Positions 33,484-44,396 of a stretch of 64,000 nucleotides of DNA are shown here, piece by piece. The DNA is from Naegleria gruberi. Taxonomy: Eukaryota. Both the position numbers and the translations under genes were made by a program. Numbering within the stretch: position 1 is the stretch's first letter; each line of letters opens with the position of its first letter. The stretch is taken from NCBI GenBank assembly GCA_000004985.1, contig GG738863.1. The stretch is one strand, 5' to 3'. The notes below the pieces were generated by a model that was not told where the DNA came from, ran no database searches, and was given only the letters and a program-made list of their open reading frames with translations.

Positions 33484-33495
33484 TTGGCGCCAAAT
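33484..33495. promoter_or_regulatory. Perfect palindromic E2F site TTTGGCGCCAAA, 40 nt upstream of the coiled-coil gene ATG
   Basis: It matches the canonical E2F consensus TTTSGCGCSAAA exactly and is an unusual GC-only hexamer in AT-rich intergenic DNA. Confidence 0.55.
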
Positions 33496-33513
33496 ATTGA
33501 TGGTAAAAGATCT

Positions 33514-34672
33514 TTACAAATCCAATGAATGGATTTTGTCCATGACAGTTTCAACAATACAGAGATTATCTTGAGTTTCGTATTCGTAGAGTAAACCCAT
33601 GGAAGAATCGTTTAGTTCAATAATACGCTCAGAACCATCTTTGAGTTTCATAACATCGAGAGTAAACAAGTCGAGACCTCCAAACAGTTGAGATACTTCA
33701 TCCATCCACAATCTATTGATTTAGAATAAAGTTTAGAATAAAATTTAAATGAATACTTACTTGTATCGTTCTTCAATAGTGTCGAGTGCTTTGAATTTCA
33801 TAGCTCCCCAATTCTAAAATATTAAATAATCAATTTCTATATTCTAAACTTACATTCTTCCATGAAGAATCACTACTTCTTTGATAAACTCTATAATGAT
33901 TTCCAATTTTTTGTAATCTCAAATCATAGTCAACTTGACAAAATGGCTCACAAGTAAAATAATCCTTATAAAGAGCCAGAACTGTTGTAAAATCAGTGAA
34001 ACTTGACTTGGTGTCCAATTTTTGTTTACCAAATCCTGCATGAACAGTTCCAACTTTACAAACAACTGGAAATTCTTGTGGTGTTGTCTTTTTCAGATTA
34101 AATTAAAATGAATTGTATTCAAGCTCCTTACCTTTTCATTCTCATCAAAGAAATCAGTGCTTCTAATGTTAGGATAATAAATTTGTGGAATGAGTGGGAA
34201 ATTTTCAAATCCTCCCAATTTCTTTTGAATTTCCTTCAATTTTCCATAAATAATTGGTTTTTCACTGCACATGTAAACAGATTCCAATGAATTAACAGCA
34301 GGAATATCTAAATTTACGATAAATAATCATCAAAATTCAATTATTTCCATTAAATAATCCAAAATTCAATAAGAAACCTACTTGCAAACATTAAACCAAG
34401 TAAAACATTTCTAAAAGTTTCAGTGTGGAGAGAACTTGGGAAATTTCTAACCAAAACAAAATCTGGTTTGAAATCACGATCCTTGGATTGTTGGCTGAAC
34501 ATGGAATCATTCTTTGCCTTCAATTCCAATATTGGACCATATTCACTATTAGAAACAAGTTTAATTTCCTCCCAACCAGCTTGTTCAACCTTGATCTTTT
34601 TACCTTGTTTTGTTGTCTTGTTTGCAAATAATTTGTACCAATTTGATTGATCCGATTGATTATAGTCAATAA
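33514..34672 (-). CDS. Synapsin-family ATP-grasp protein (synapsin C-domain homologue). At least 5 exons: about 34382-34672, 34132-34307, 33854-34087, 33761-33813 and 33514-33712. The 5' end and start codon are unresolved.
   Basis: The spliced product ...DWYKLFANKTTKQGKKIKVEQAGWEE...FKPDFVLVRNF...LLGLMFAN|IPAVNSLESVYMCSEKPIIYGKLKEIQKKLGGFENFPLIPQIYYPN...|TTPQEFPVVCKVGTVHAGFGKQKLD...[100 protein letters not shown] is collinear with vertebrate synapsin domain C. The matching vertebrate segments are [70 protein letters not shown] and [43 protein letters not shown]. Confidence 0.7.
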
Positions 34673-34886
34673 CTAGTAAATTAAATGAAGATGTTGTAAC
34701 TTGATGACATTTTTTTTTGATTTGTTGATTTCACAAGTTCAAACACCACCAAACAACACAAAGAATTGCAACATGGAACTCTGAAATCAACTTGAACTGT
34801 AATTCAATTGAACAGTACAAGTATTCAAAATAAGGAAAGTCAAGTTGAATGGGTCTTATTTGAATGATAGAAAACTTGTTACAATT

Positions 34887-36917
34887 TTATTCATCAGAGT
34901 GAATGGTATCATGTTGAAGAATCATATCATCTTCCTGTGGTTCAGTTTGATTATTGGTGGTGGTATTCTTTTGCAATTTCTTCTTTTTCTTTGCATGTCT
35001 TTCTAATCTTTGATGATACTTTTGACTGTGAGAGGCAACTTGAATTCTAGTTCTGGTTTTGACATATCTGTCAGCGATTTCTCTCCATTTACCATAACCC
35101 AAGTCCTTTAAACCTCTGAGGAATGCTTGGTGTTCTCTTTCTGACCAAGCTCCTTGGTTGACTCCTTCTTCCTTAATGTCAGAGTTGACAAATTTCATCT
35201 TTTTTGATGATTTTTCAACAATGAGATTTCTAAAGCAGAATTTCTTTTGATTGGAATCAGATGAATCATTGGAATCATCATCTAATAGTGCTGCATTGCT
35301 ATCTTCTGGTAGAATTTTAGTGGGTTGAGATTTCTCATCAAAGTCGAATTGTGATGAACTGGCAAGAATAATTTCTTGATTGGAGAGTTGAGATTCTGAG
35401 GAATGACCTTGAGATTTGATCTTTTTCTTCTTTTCAGGTGTGCCTTCTTTCGCCTTTCTCTTTTTTCTATTCTTTGAGTTGGATGGTGAATTAGTAACTG
35501 CTGGTTGACTAGGTTGATTTGACTTTTGATTGTCAATTGACTTTTGGCTATTTGAACCAAATTGATAACTAGGATGATGACTCATAAAACCAATATTGCA
35601 ACTATCATTAGATCTTGGAGTATTGTTTAGTGAATGTGATTGAACAGCAATGGTATTTAGTGGAACATGTTTCTCTAAAAGTGGATTCTCCTTATTAAGA
35701 AAAGCATTTTGATTAAATTGAGCATTAAATATATTCTCAGCAAGAAATCTTTCATTTGTTCTCTGAGCATTCATAATAGAGTTCCAAACCAATTGTTGAT
35801 CAGTTGGTTGTTGTTGCTGTTGTGCTTGTTTCATCAAACTTGGATCAACGTATGAATTTTGTTGAATTCTTTCTTGATTATTGAGAATTATTTGTTGCAT
35901 GTTGAGAAGTTTTTGCATGGTTGTTTGGTTGTTAGAATTTAATGCATCATAATTGAATGGATTATTGTACAATTCGTTGAAGGAGAGGTTTCTTTGTTGA
36001 GGTTGACTAGTGGATGAAGTGCAGGTTAGAGATTTGCCAGTGGAGGCGAAAGATAATTTGGAAGATTCGTCTAGTAAATCTCTTGATGGAAACTTGAATT
36101 CATTTTCATTATTTACAGTACCTAGAAGAGGAGATGATAGTGGAGGAAGTGGAAACTGATCAGTTTTTTGTGGAATTAGAGCACTTCCTGCATTGAGAGG
36201 AACGGTTGTATTAGTTTCGGCTACTTTAGAATATCTTCTCTGTTCCATAAAACTGAACAAGGAATTATCATACTCTCCAATATCATTCTTCTTATCGCTT
36301 AGAGTATGTTCACCAAAAGAGAAGCAACTATCTTCCTTATTGGTTGCATTAAAAACATTATTGGAACCAAAGAGTCCTATTCCTCCTTCCAAAGAATCTC
36401 TTGAATTTTCAATATCGAAAATTGAAGAGAGTCTTCTTTCTCTATTACCAAACCCTCCTTGGGAAGATTGATTCATAGAAGAAACTAATCCAGAAGAGGA
36501 TTGATTGACGACACTTTGTGGTTGAGTACCACTAGATCCCAATTGAAAGGGATCGTTAGGATTTGAGAATGGATTCATTGAGAGAAAGTCAAAACCACTA
36601 TTTGAGTTCATATTAGTATCTTCGAGTGGTGTTACATTTGAAACTACTCCTATTTGATTTGCTTGTAAATGAGAATTTGCTGATGTTGCACTCGATGAAG
36701 GAACCACTCCAGAGAAGAGTGAATGTTGTGAGAAGGGTAATTGAGGATTCACTCCAGCAACACTATTAGAGGTTGCTGAGGCTGCAGTTGTAGATGTTGC
36801 AAGTGCTGATGATGATAATGATGATGGAACTGTTGCTGAGGTAGTTGTAGATGTGAATGAAGAAGGACCAAATTGATTCATATTATTAGTATTTGCAACA
36901 TTACTCATTACTTTCAT
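34887..36917 (-). CDS. Myb-like DNA-binding protein of the SHAQKYF class, with a long S/N/Q-rich N-terminal region. The 5' end is probably interrupted by the assembly gap.
   Basis: The C-terminal Myb/SANT repeat is AWSEREHQAFLRGLKDLGYGKWREIADRYVKTRTRIQVASHSQKYHQRL, a SHSQKYH variant of SHAQKYF. A basic NLS-like stretch is present. The reading frame stays open upstream of the track ATG as far as the N run. Confidence 0.6.
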   Translation of the reverse strand: MKVMSNVANTNNMNQFGPSSFTSTTTSATVPSSLSSSALATSTTAASATSNSVAGVNPQLPFSQHSLFSGVVPSSSATSANSHLQANQIGVVSNVTPLEDTNMNSNSGFDFLSMNPFSNPNDPFQLGSSGTQPQSVVNQSSSGLVSSMNQSSQGGFGNRERRLSSIFDIENSRDSLEGGIGLFGSNNVFNATNKEDSCFSFGEHTLSDKKNDIGEYDNSLFSFMEQRRYSKVAETNTTVPLNAGSALIPQKTDQFPLPPLSSPLLGTVNNENEFKFPSRDLLDESSKLSFASTGKSLTCTSSTSQPQQRNLSFNELYNNPFNYDALNSNNQTTMQKLLNMQQIILNNQERIQQNSYVDPSLMKQAQQQQQPTDQQLVWNSIMNAQRTNERFLAENIFNAQFNQNAFLNKENPLLEKHVPLNTIAVQSHSLNNTPRSNDSCNIGFMSHHPSYQFGSNSQKSIDNQKSNQPSQPAVTNSPSNSKNRKKRKAKEGTPEKKKKIKSQGHSSESQLSNQEIILASSSQFDFDEKSQPTKILPEDSNAALLDDDSNDSSDSNQKKFCFRNLIVEKSSKKMKFVNSDIKEEGVNQGAWSEREHQAFLRGLKDLGYGKWREIADRYVKTRTRIQVASHSQKYHQRLERHAKKKKKLQKNTTTNNQTEPQEDDMILQHDTIHSDE

Positions 36918-36985
36918 TGATTGAGAAGGTTGATTGAGAAAGAATGAGTTACTTGTAAGAGGAGGACCATTTGAAATATTAGAAN

Positions 36986-37034
36986 NNNNNNNNNNNNNNN
37001 NNNNNNNNNNNNNNNNNNNNNNNNNNNNNNNNNN
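36986..37034. other. Assembly gap (49 N)
   Basis: Literal run of n characters. Confidence 1.
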
Positions 37035-37079
37035 TTGGTCAATTAATAAATTAGATTTATTTTAAAAATGATGATACAA

Positions 37080-38625
37080 TTACTCTTCATAAATTGAAGC
37101 ATTAACTTGTGGTATGAGTTGGGACCATTGTTCGTGTAACTTTTGGTTGTATTCGATTTGTAAATTAAGGAAACTTTGCAACATGCAACTGAAATCAATC
37201 TTTCTTTCTAAATCGAAACGTTCCAAATCACTCTTGAATGATTGTTCAGATTCATTAAGTCTGTCAGTCTTTTGAACAACTCTTAGTTGACCTTCTTCAA
37301 TTTGAGTTTCCAAAATTTGTCTCTTATCTTCCTTCAAATTTGGCTTTTCCTTTTGAGCTTGCAATGAAGCCAAGTGAGATTGAGCACTATCCTTTTCATT
37401 TCTAGCTTCTTCAACTTGGGAAGCAGTATGTCTAATAGAATCACACATACCCAAATAATAAGTTAAGGTTTCAATAACTTGCATAGTTTCCTTTTGAGCT
37501 TGGTCATCGGTAACTTTGCTAATTTGTTCAGCTGATTGACCAACTGATAAAAGATTCTTAGCCAAAGTATTAGATTGGTCATATTCCTTTTCAATAGTAC
37601 CAACAAGAGCAAATGATTTACCATATTCCATAAAACCAGTTGCCATTTCCTTTCTCTTTGTAATCATGACTTGCAATCTTTGTCTAAGTTCCTTTAATGA
37701 ACTGTCCAACTTTTCAATAAACTTCTTGTGAGAGGTAATCCATTCTGGTTCTGGTGTAGAACCCTTTGATTTGAAAAGGGAGAAAGAACTACCACTTTTG
37801 GCTTTAGTTTTAACATTTTTCATTTGGTTGAATTCATCTTCATTTGCTTCGAGGAATTGTTGCAATTCTGATGAAGTTTGTAAAACTGGATGTTCACCAA
37901 CACGTGTCAAGAACTTGGTCAATGCACGTTGTCTATATTCTAACAATGAATTTGTATCTACAGAAGAGAAAATCTTTTCACTGAAGATTTTAATCCGTTA
38001 AAATTTCACATTAATTTTGACAGCAGTCAATAAATCGATTCAAAAAACAAAACTTACACTGAAGCCAAAATACTCTTTTCTGGCAATGGAGGAATAATAA
38101 TTCCACTATAAGAAGAAACTAACAATTCTCTGAACCAAACAAAGTCATTATATCTTCTATGACAAATCAAAGTAGCTTGTTTGTATTGATCAAGCTTGGT
38201 GTCAATAGTAATCTTGTACACCCAGTAAGACAAATCAAAAGTCTTACCAGTAGACTTCTTTTCAGGTTCACTGACAGAGAAAATAAACTACATATATTGT
38301 GATCCGATCCAAAAGTATTTAAAATATCATTAATAATCAAAATAATCAAAATATTAACAACAACAATAAAACCCCACACTACTTACAGCTGGTTCATCAC
38401 TATCGGCACTAGCTTGTACTTGATGTGGTTGAGAAGCAGGAAGAGTTGGATAATCCTCATTGTCAGCACTACGAATATCTTCACCTGTTGGTGGAGAAAT
38501 GAAGCCAGATTCATAATTATTGTTTTGGATTCTTCGTATTGTTGTTGTTCTTGATGTTCTTGGGCATCGTATTGTTGATGTTGTTGGTCGTCTTGTCCAA
38601 CTTGTTGATCGTCGTATGAGTCCAT
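37080..38625 (-). CDS. Sorting nexin of the SNX1/2 / Vps5 type (acidic N-terminus, PX domain, C-terminal BAR domain). At least 3 exons: about 38387-38625, ~38050-38287, 37080-~37985.
   Basis: The PX-domain exon FSVSEPEKKSTGKTFDLSYWVYKITIDTKL...LICHRRYNDFVWFRELLV...IPPLPEKSILASV is joined by GTAAGT...AG introns to ...LEYRQRALTKFLTRVGEHPVLQTSSELQQFLEAN. A helical BAR-like C-terminus follows. An apparent +1 frame inconsistency in exon 1 is described in the findings. Confidence 0.65.
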
Positions 38626-39116
38626 TTTTTCTGTGTGGTAAAACATTAAAAAAATCAAATGGTGCGATTTGGAGAGTTGTAAGAATCGATTGACATCACA
38701 CCATTATTAACAATTGTATATTGTTTAATTGGGCGACTGTATAGAGGTTGGCTATTTACCGGTGGTTATCGTATGGGGCGTGTTTTGAAAGGAGAATTTT
38801 GTAATTGAATTTTGAATGGTTATTCTGTGTGAAAAGTGTTTAACAACCGATAGCCTTAATGACACAACTTAGAAGCACCTTTGGAAGATATTTTTACGGA
38901 GTTTCAACAGTTGAGTAGATTTTCATTGTGAAATGGCAAGATTGTTAAGGATAAACTGAAATAATCATTAATATTCATTAATTTACAAATTTATTTACAT
39001 TATTGTTGATTGGGTATTGAAGGAGGGGTTTGTTTCTTGATTTGTATATACTTTTTACTTCCTGGTGGTGATTCTTCCCTATTTGAAATATTTTAGAATT
39101 GCAAATCCAAATATAC

Positions 39117-39575
39117 TTACCATTCAATAGCAGAAATATTCTTAGATTCATTAAATACCATGCAATATTCTCCAACTCTTGAAATATTTGCATTCCTTGA
39201 TGTTGTTAAATTAATACAATTCTTTTGCCACAATTGAGTTTGAGCTCCAATAATTCTGATAATATCACCTCCTACAATATAATCGGCTTTGTGATTCCAT
39301 AAAGTTAATGTAATGTAAGCTGTATCATCAGCCACAACAAAATATGTAATAAATTGATTATCCTTTGTTTTGATTGTTTGTTGTTTGTCTAGAACAATAC
39401 AAGTAATCGAAAAATCGGTCATGTTTGGTTTAAGATCAGCAATTTTATAATGTTTTTGATTCGGATCCATCAATTGTTGATTATTCGGATTATTATTTGT
39501 TGGAGGTGAATGTCTTCTATTCATTGATTGTTGTTGGCCATTGGGTGGCACGTTCACTGACGGAGGTTGTTGCAT
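39117..39575 (-). CDS. SOSS complex subunit B / NABP (hSSB1/2-like) OB-fold single-stranded-DNA-binding protein, 152 aa
   Basis: IADLKPNMTDFSITCIVLDKQQTIKTKDNQFITYFVVADDTAYITLTLWN...GGDIIRIIGAQTQLWQKNCINLTTSRNANISRVGEYCMVFNESKN is collinear with human NABP2 ([48 protein letters not shown]...[43 protein letters not shown]). Confidence 0.65.
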   Translation of the reverse strand: MQQPPSVNVPPNGQQQSMNRRHSPPTNNNPNNQQLMDPNQKHYKIADLKPNMTDFSITCIVLDKQQTIKTKDNQFITYFVVADDTAYITLTLWNHKADYIVGGDIIRIIGAQTQLWQKNCINLTTSRNANISRVGEYCMVFNESKNISAIEW

Positions 39576-39660
39576 TTTTTAATAATTATTAAATAAATAA
39601 TTAATAATAATTATATGGTCCAATGATGGTTTTGTTTGGCTTTAAACACAGCAACTGTGG

Positions 39661-40331
39661 TTAAATTTTAGGCAATACTGTTTCTCCACTAGATCCTATA
39701 TTTGGCATTTTAATATTAGAGAAATTAGGAATATTAGCAGAAGAACCATCAACAAAATAATCAGAAAATTCCATATTTTGTGATGCTTGTTGTTGATTCA
39801 TCATCATGTTTTGTTGTAAAATATCTTCAGCTGTAATATATCTCTTCACTCGAGTAAATACATTGGCAGCATTTACAGCCATTCCTCCAATATTTTCCAA
39901 ATTCTTTTTAAATTAATTCCAACTCAAAGTTTTCATTTCCAACTTACCAATGGGAGAGCATTATCCGTTTTATGTCTCTGTTGATGTAATTTAACATAGT
40001 AAATATCTTCATCAATTTCATTTTCATCAATTTTTAATTCCTCTTCCTTCTTTTCAGGTTGAATATTGTTCTGAATTGATTTCCGATCATTAAAAAACGG
40101 TTTTCCACTCAATACATTCAACATTCCCCATACTAAAAACAATGGATTTTCTCTCATCAATTTTCTAAATGAATTAATTTTTCTAGTTGTGTATTGTGTG
40201 ACGTAGACAGACAATAGGCTTGTTAAAATTACTACGAATATATTCTTTGAATTTCCAATCAATAATTGATTCATGAGTAAATTACCCATAGCCTTGTCGG
40301 TACCTGGATTGTTCGATTGTTGCCTTTGCAT
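39661..40331 (-). CDS. Small membrane protein of unknown family. 2 exons (39933-40331 and 39661-~39905).
   Basis: The exon 1 ORF carries two hydrophobic segments and ends near a GTAAGT donor. The exon 2 ORF continues ...GMAVNAANVFTRVKRYITAEDILQQ. ATG is verified. No family is recognised. Confidence 0.4.
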
Positions 40332-40879
40332 TTTTTTAATTCAAATATTTATTATTTAAATAATATTTAATTTATTACAATTTGAAAGTGATGAAAAGAA
40401 CCCCTAATAAAATTATTACAAACAAGGATTCAGAAGATAAGATCCTATCTATAATTGGATAGAGTTTTTGTTGATGAATAAAAAAGTCTTTTTCATTGTG
40501 AATCTCAATGGTTCATAGTAAGGATTAACGATTAATAAACATCTGAAGTGCTTGTTACAAGGTCGATCGACCAATGTTCATCAATTCGGTGCTGTTATCA
40601 AATGATTGTAGTGCAGAGACAATATTGGCCAAGTTGTTCACCTCTTTGAAATCCATCAGTAGATCTCGAGCAAAAAGGCGCCAACAGTGTTTCTGTTTAT
40701 TATGTCCCTGTACATTTTAGCTTCAAAAAAAAACATCAAACCATCACCACCCTTTTAGCTCTCCCTTAGTAATCAAATTATTTTCCATCTACAACCATCT
40801 TGTACAGAGTTTTTCTTTTGCGAAATCTTATCAAACATATCTCAAACCCTTGTTAATAGAGGAAATTTAAAATAACAAA

Positions 40880-43511
40880 ATGTCATCTCCCAATAGTAGT
40901 AGACACCAGAGTCCTCTCTTCAGAAGAAGGAACGATCTTTCGATAAATGTCGATAATGATAATTCATTTCAAAAATCGGATGATAATTCTAACTCTTCTC
41001 AATCAAGATCGAGTAAGTATATTATTGACTTTTTAATATGGAAGGCATTATGAAATAATTTAAGGAGGAAGATATCTTTCCCCAGTTTCAAGAAATAGAG
41101 TGATACAAATGGAAAACGAGATATATGATGATGTATTTATGCAAAATAATAACTCTCTCATATATGAGAGGTTGTTCAATGCAATGGAAAAAGATAGAAC
41201 ACAAATAGTCGAGAAGGATAGGGAGAAGAAGTGGAACTCTCGATTCCATTTAGATCCAATGCCCTCATACAATGTAATGAAAGACAAACATGCCAAAATG
41301 TATACAGGTTCGACTACCTTTATTTCCCCTAATACGTCACAACAAAGAACAAGAATACAACCCTATGAACCTGCTTCTTCAGCAAAACAAGAACAACAAC
41401 CAGTCTCTGTAAGTACATCAACAAGAGAGTTATGTTATTCATACACGAACAACAAAAAGAAGAGAAAAATTAGTTCTGCCTCCTCAACCCGAAGAAGAAG
41501 TAACTCGGATAATCAAAAATCCACAATAAGTGATAATGGGAAGTCCTCATCAAAACCTCCTTTGGAACAAAAGAAATCATTGGCCGATATTGAGGCAGAA
41601 CACTTCTTTGCTAAGTCAAAATCTAGGATACAAAAACTCTGGAGTGAACTCAGAGTACCACAAGATGAAATAGATAGATTCTCTCGAATCTATCTTTCTA
41701 AATGCTCCAATGATAATATTGCCATTGTTACAGAAGAAATTAAGCGATTAACAGAACAAAGAAATCTCATTCTCTCAATTCTTAAAAATATTGAAAACAG
41801 AGAATTACTGCTGGAAACTCTGTATTCTCTCGTAGAGCGTTATGGTGACGAAAAGATATTCAGTAAGCATTTAGTTGCAAGAGAAGTCAAGAATATCGCT
41901 GCTTCATTGAGGCTTTGTACTTTGGAAATTGTAGAATCTATTGTACAGTGGAGAAATATTTTACAAGCACCAAAGCCATTTGTTTGGAGATCGAAGAATT
42001 ATTTACTCAAAATCCAAACAGATCTAGATTTCTTTTTAATGTCATCACTCATTTCACTCCTTCCAAATGTAAACCCTCTTAAAAATCCATTCCTAATGCC
42101 AGGTATTGAATTTGGAGCAACAACCAATTCTCAATCACTCGACAAGAAATCACATCCAACCTCGCCAAACAGAAAAAGACCAAAATTTGATTCTTCACCT
42201 TATCTTGCTGGAGGTAGTACTGCATTACCTCCTCTTTCAAAATTGAGACAGGCATCACCTGCTGACAATGATCCTCTCAAAGAAAGAATTTTATATGCCC
42301 AAAAAGTAGTCTTCTCTGAAGGAAAAGGAGTGAATGATTCATTTGGATCCCAAACTTGTAATTCTCCATCCAGAGATGACAAGGTTGTAATAGCCCCATA
42401 CGAAGAATTAGGTGGAAAGGAGGAAGAAGTCGGTGAAGAAAATGATTTATATGCTAGACAAATTGAGGAACAGAGATTGAAAGAGGAGAGAAAGAGACAA
42501 TTAGAAGAAGAGCAAAGAATGAAGGAGGAAAAGAAGAGACAGCAACTTGCAGAAAAGAAGAAGGAAGAAGAAAGACTGAGGAAAGAGAGGGAAACAATAG
42601 GCTTTGTTCTTATTATTCAATCTGCTTTAAGAGGAAGAAAGGCAAGACAAATTCTTGCACACGAGTATAAGGTTGAGGCTGAACGAGCAGCTGTCAAAAT
42701 CCAATCCCAAGTTAGAAAGAATATGGCCAAAAAGAAGGTTGACAATATCAAGAGAGATAAGTCAATCTTGATTATGCAAGCATGTTATAGAGGAAAGTCC
42801 GAGTTGGCAATGTTTGAATACACTAAGGAATTCTGCTCAATCATTGAGGCCTGTGTTGAAGGTATGACAGCTAGAAGAGCCTATTTTGAGGAACAAAACC
42901 ATAATGCCATCACTGAAAATATCTATGGTGAAGAGGAAGAAGAACCATCTGTTGAGGAAGTTGAGCAGGATTTGTCTCAATTTGAAAAACTTGTTGCTCT
43001 TTGTAAGGGTCATTTGAGTAGAGTTGTCTTCAGATCAGAATTGAAAGCACACAAGCAACAAGAAGCTGACAGATTGAAACAATTGAAGGAAGAAGAATTG
43101 AGACTCGAAGCAGAAAAAAGAGAAAAAGCTGCCATCAAAATTCAAAGTCAAATCAGATCCTTCTTGGCAAAGAAGAAGACTCAACAAGTTGCTGAACAAA
43201 AGAAGCAAGCCTTCATGGAAGAATTAGAACAAGAGAGAAGAGAATACGAAGCTGCCAGAGAAGAAAGAAAGAGACTGAAACAAGAAAGTGCCATTATCAC
43301 TATTCAAAAGAGTTTCAGAGGCTACTTGGGAAGAGCACAATATGCTGAATTGCTCAGAAGGTATGAAGCAGCCACAAAGATTCAATGTATGGTAAGACAA
43401 AAGTTTGCCAGAAAGAAGGCCATGTCTGTCAAACAAAGAAAACAAATGGAAATGGAAAAGTTTTTGCAAGACGAAAGAGCACAATATGAAGCTCTCCTTG
43501 CTCAATTATAA
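40880..43511 (+). CDS. IQ-motif, coiled-coil protein of about 850 aa. 2 exons (40880-41012, 41086-43511).
   Basis: Exon 1 (MSSPNSSRHQSPLF...SQSRS) ends TCG A|GTAAGT. A 73-nt intron ends ccccag|. The C-terminal half has multiple IQ motifs (IQSALRGRKARQIL, IQSQVRKNMAKKKV, IQSQIRSFLAKKKT, IQKSFRGYLGRAQY, IQCMVRQKFARKKA). These are interleaved with E/K/R-rich coiled coil. Confidence 0.6.
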
Positions 43512-43686
43512 ACAAATGTATTTCAATGTAATTCATTGAACACTTGAGTTGTGCGATGCGATGATAAGGTTTCTACTACTGCCGCCTTGATGAAATTATT
43601 GCTGAAAAGATTACTATCAAACTAGTTACTAAACAAAAGAATTAATATTCGTATTATTTAAATTTTAAATATGGTTTGCAAAAGAT

Positions 43687-43875
43687 TTATTCTTGCTTTT
43701 GAGCAGCTTCCTTCATAGCCTTGAGAGTACCCTTCTTAGCATACTTGGAGTTGGTCTTCCATGGTCTGTACAAACCCTTGGATGTGGCCTTTCTTTCCTT
43801 TCTTTGCTTCTTGATACCATTTCTATGGTTCTTCTTTTGTTCGTGTTGACCAGTGTGATTCTTGCTCTTTGCCAT
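43687..43875 (-). CDS. RPL29: 60S ribosomal protein eL29 (L29e), 62 aa
   Basis: MAKSKNHTGQHEQKKNHRNGIKKQRK... matches the eL29 signature (MAKSKNHT.HNQ..KAHRNGIKKP). It is a single exon and ATG is verified. Confidence 0.85.
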   Translation of the reverse strand: MAKSKNHTGQHEQKKNHRNGIKKQRKERKATSKGLYRPWKTNSKYAKKGTLKAMKEAAQKQE

Positions 43876-44396
43876 CTTTTATGTTTTTTTTTCAACAAAT
43901 TTTTGATGGCGACACTATTGATATTTTACAATGAAAGTTTTCCTCTGCATCCCACACATCAAAAATATTGGCTTGCAATGGATTATTCTCGAGAACTAGC
44001 ACAGTGACTAGCAAGCTATTGAAGACTATGCAATGACAAGAATAACATACTGGAGTTTAATAATATTATAATAATATTTTGAAATTTGGAAAGATGAATA
44101 ACAAGAACATTTAATAAACAAACCTTCAAAATTAAATTGGGATATTTACATAGATCAACAATGTCCTTTAAATAAAAAAAGGAGATAATACACTTGGAAC
44201 ACCCAAGTCACCATCAAGAAATGCCACCTCACAATCTTCATCATCACACAGCTAACAGCTAACATAATAGAGGATCTTCATACCGAGATTGAATAAGCAT
44301 CACCAAAGCCCATTCTCTCGCTCGGAATCATCAAGAGAGAGCGTTGATTTGGCTTGTCCAGAATTGAGAAGAGCACCAAATTTATTAACAAAAAAA

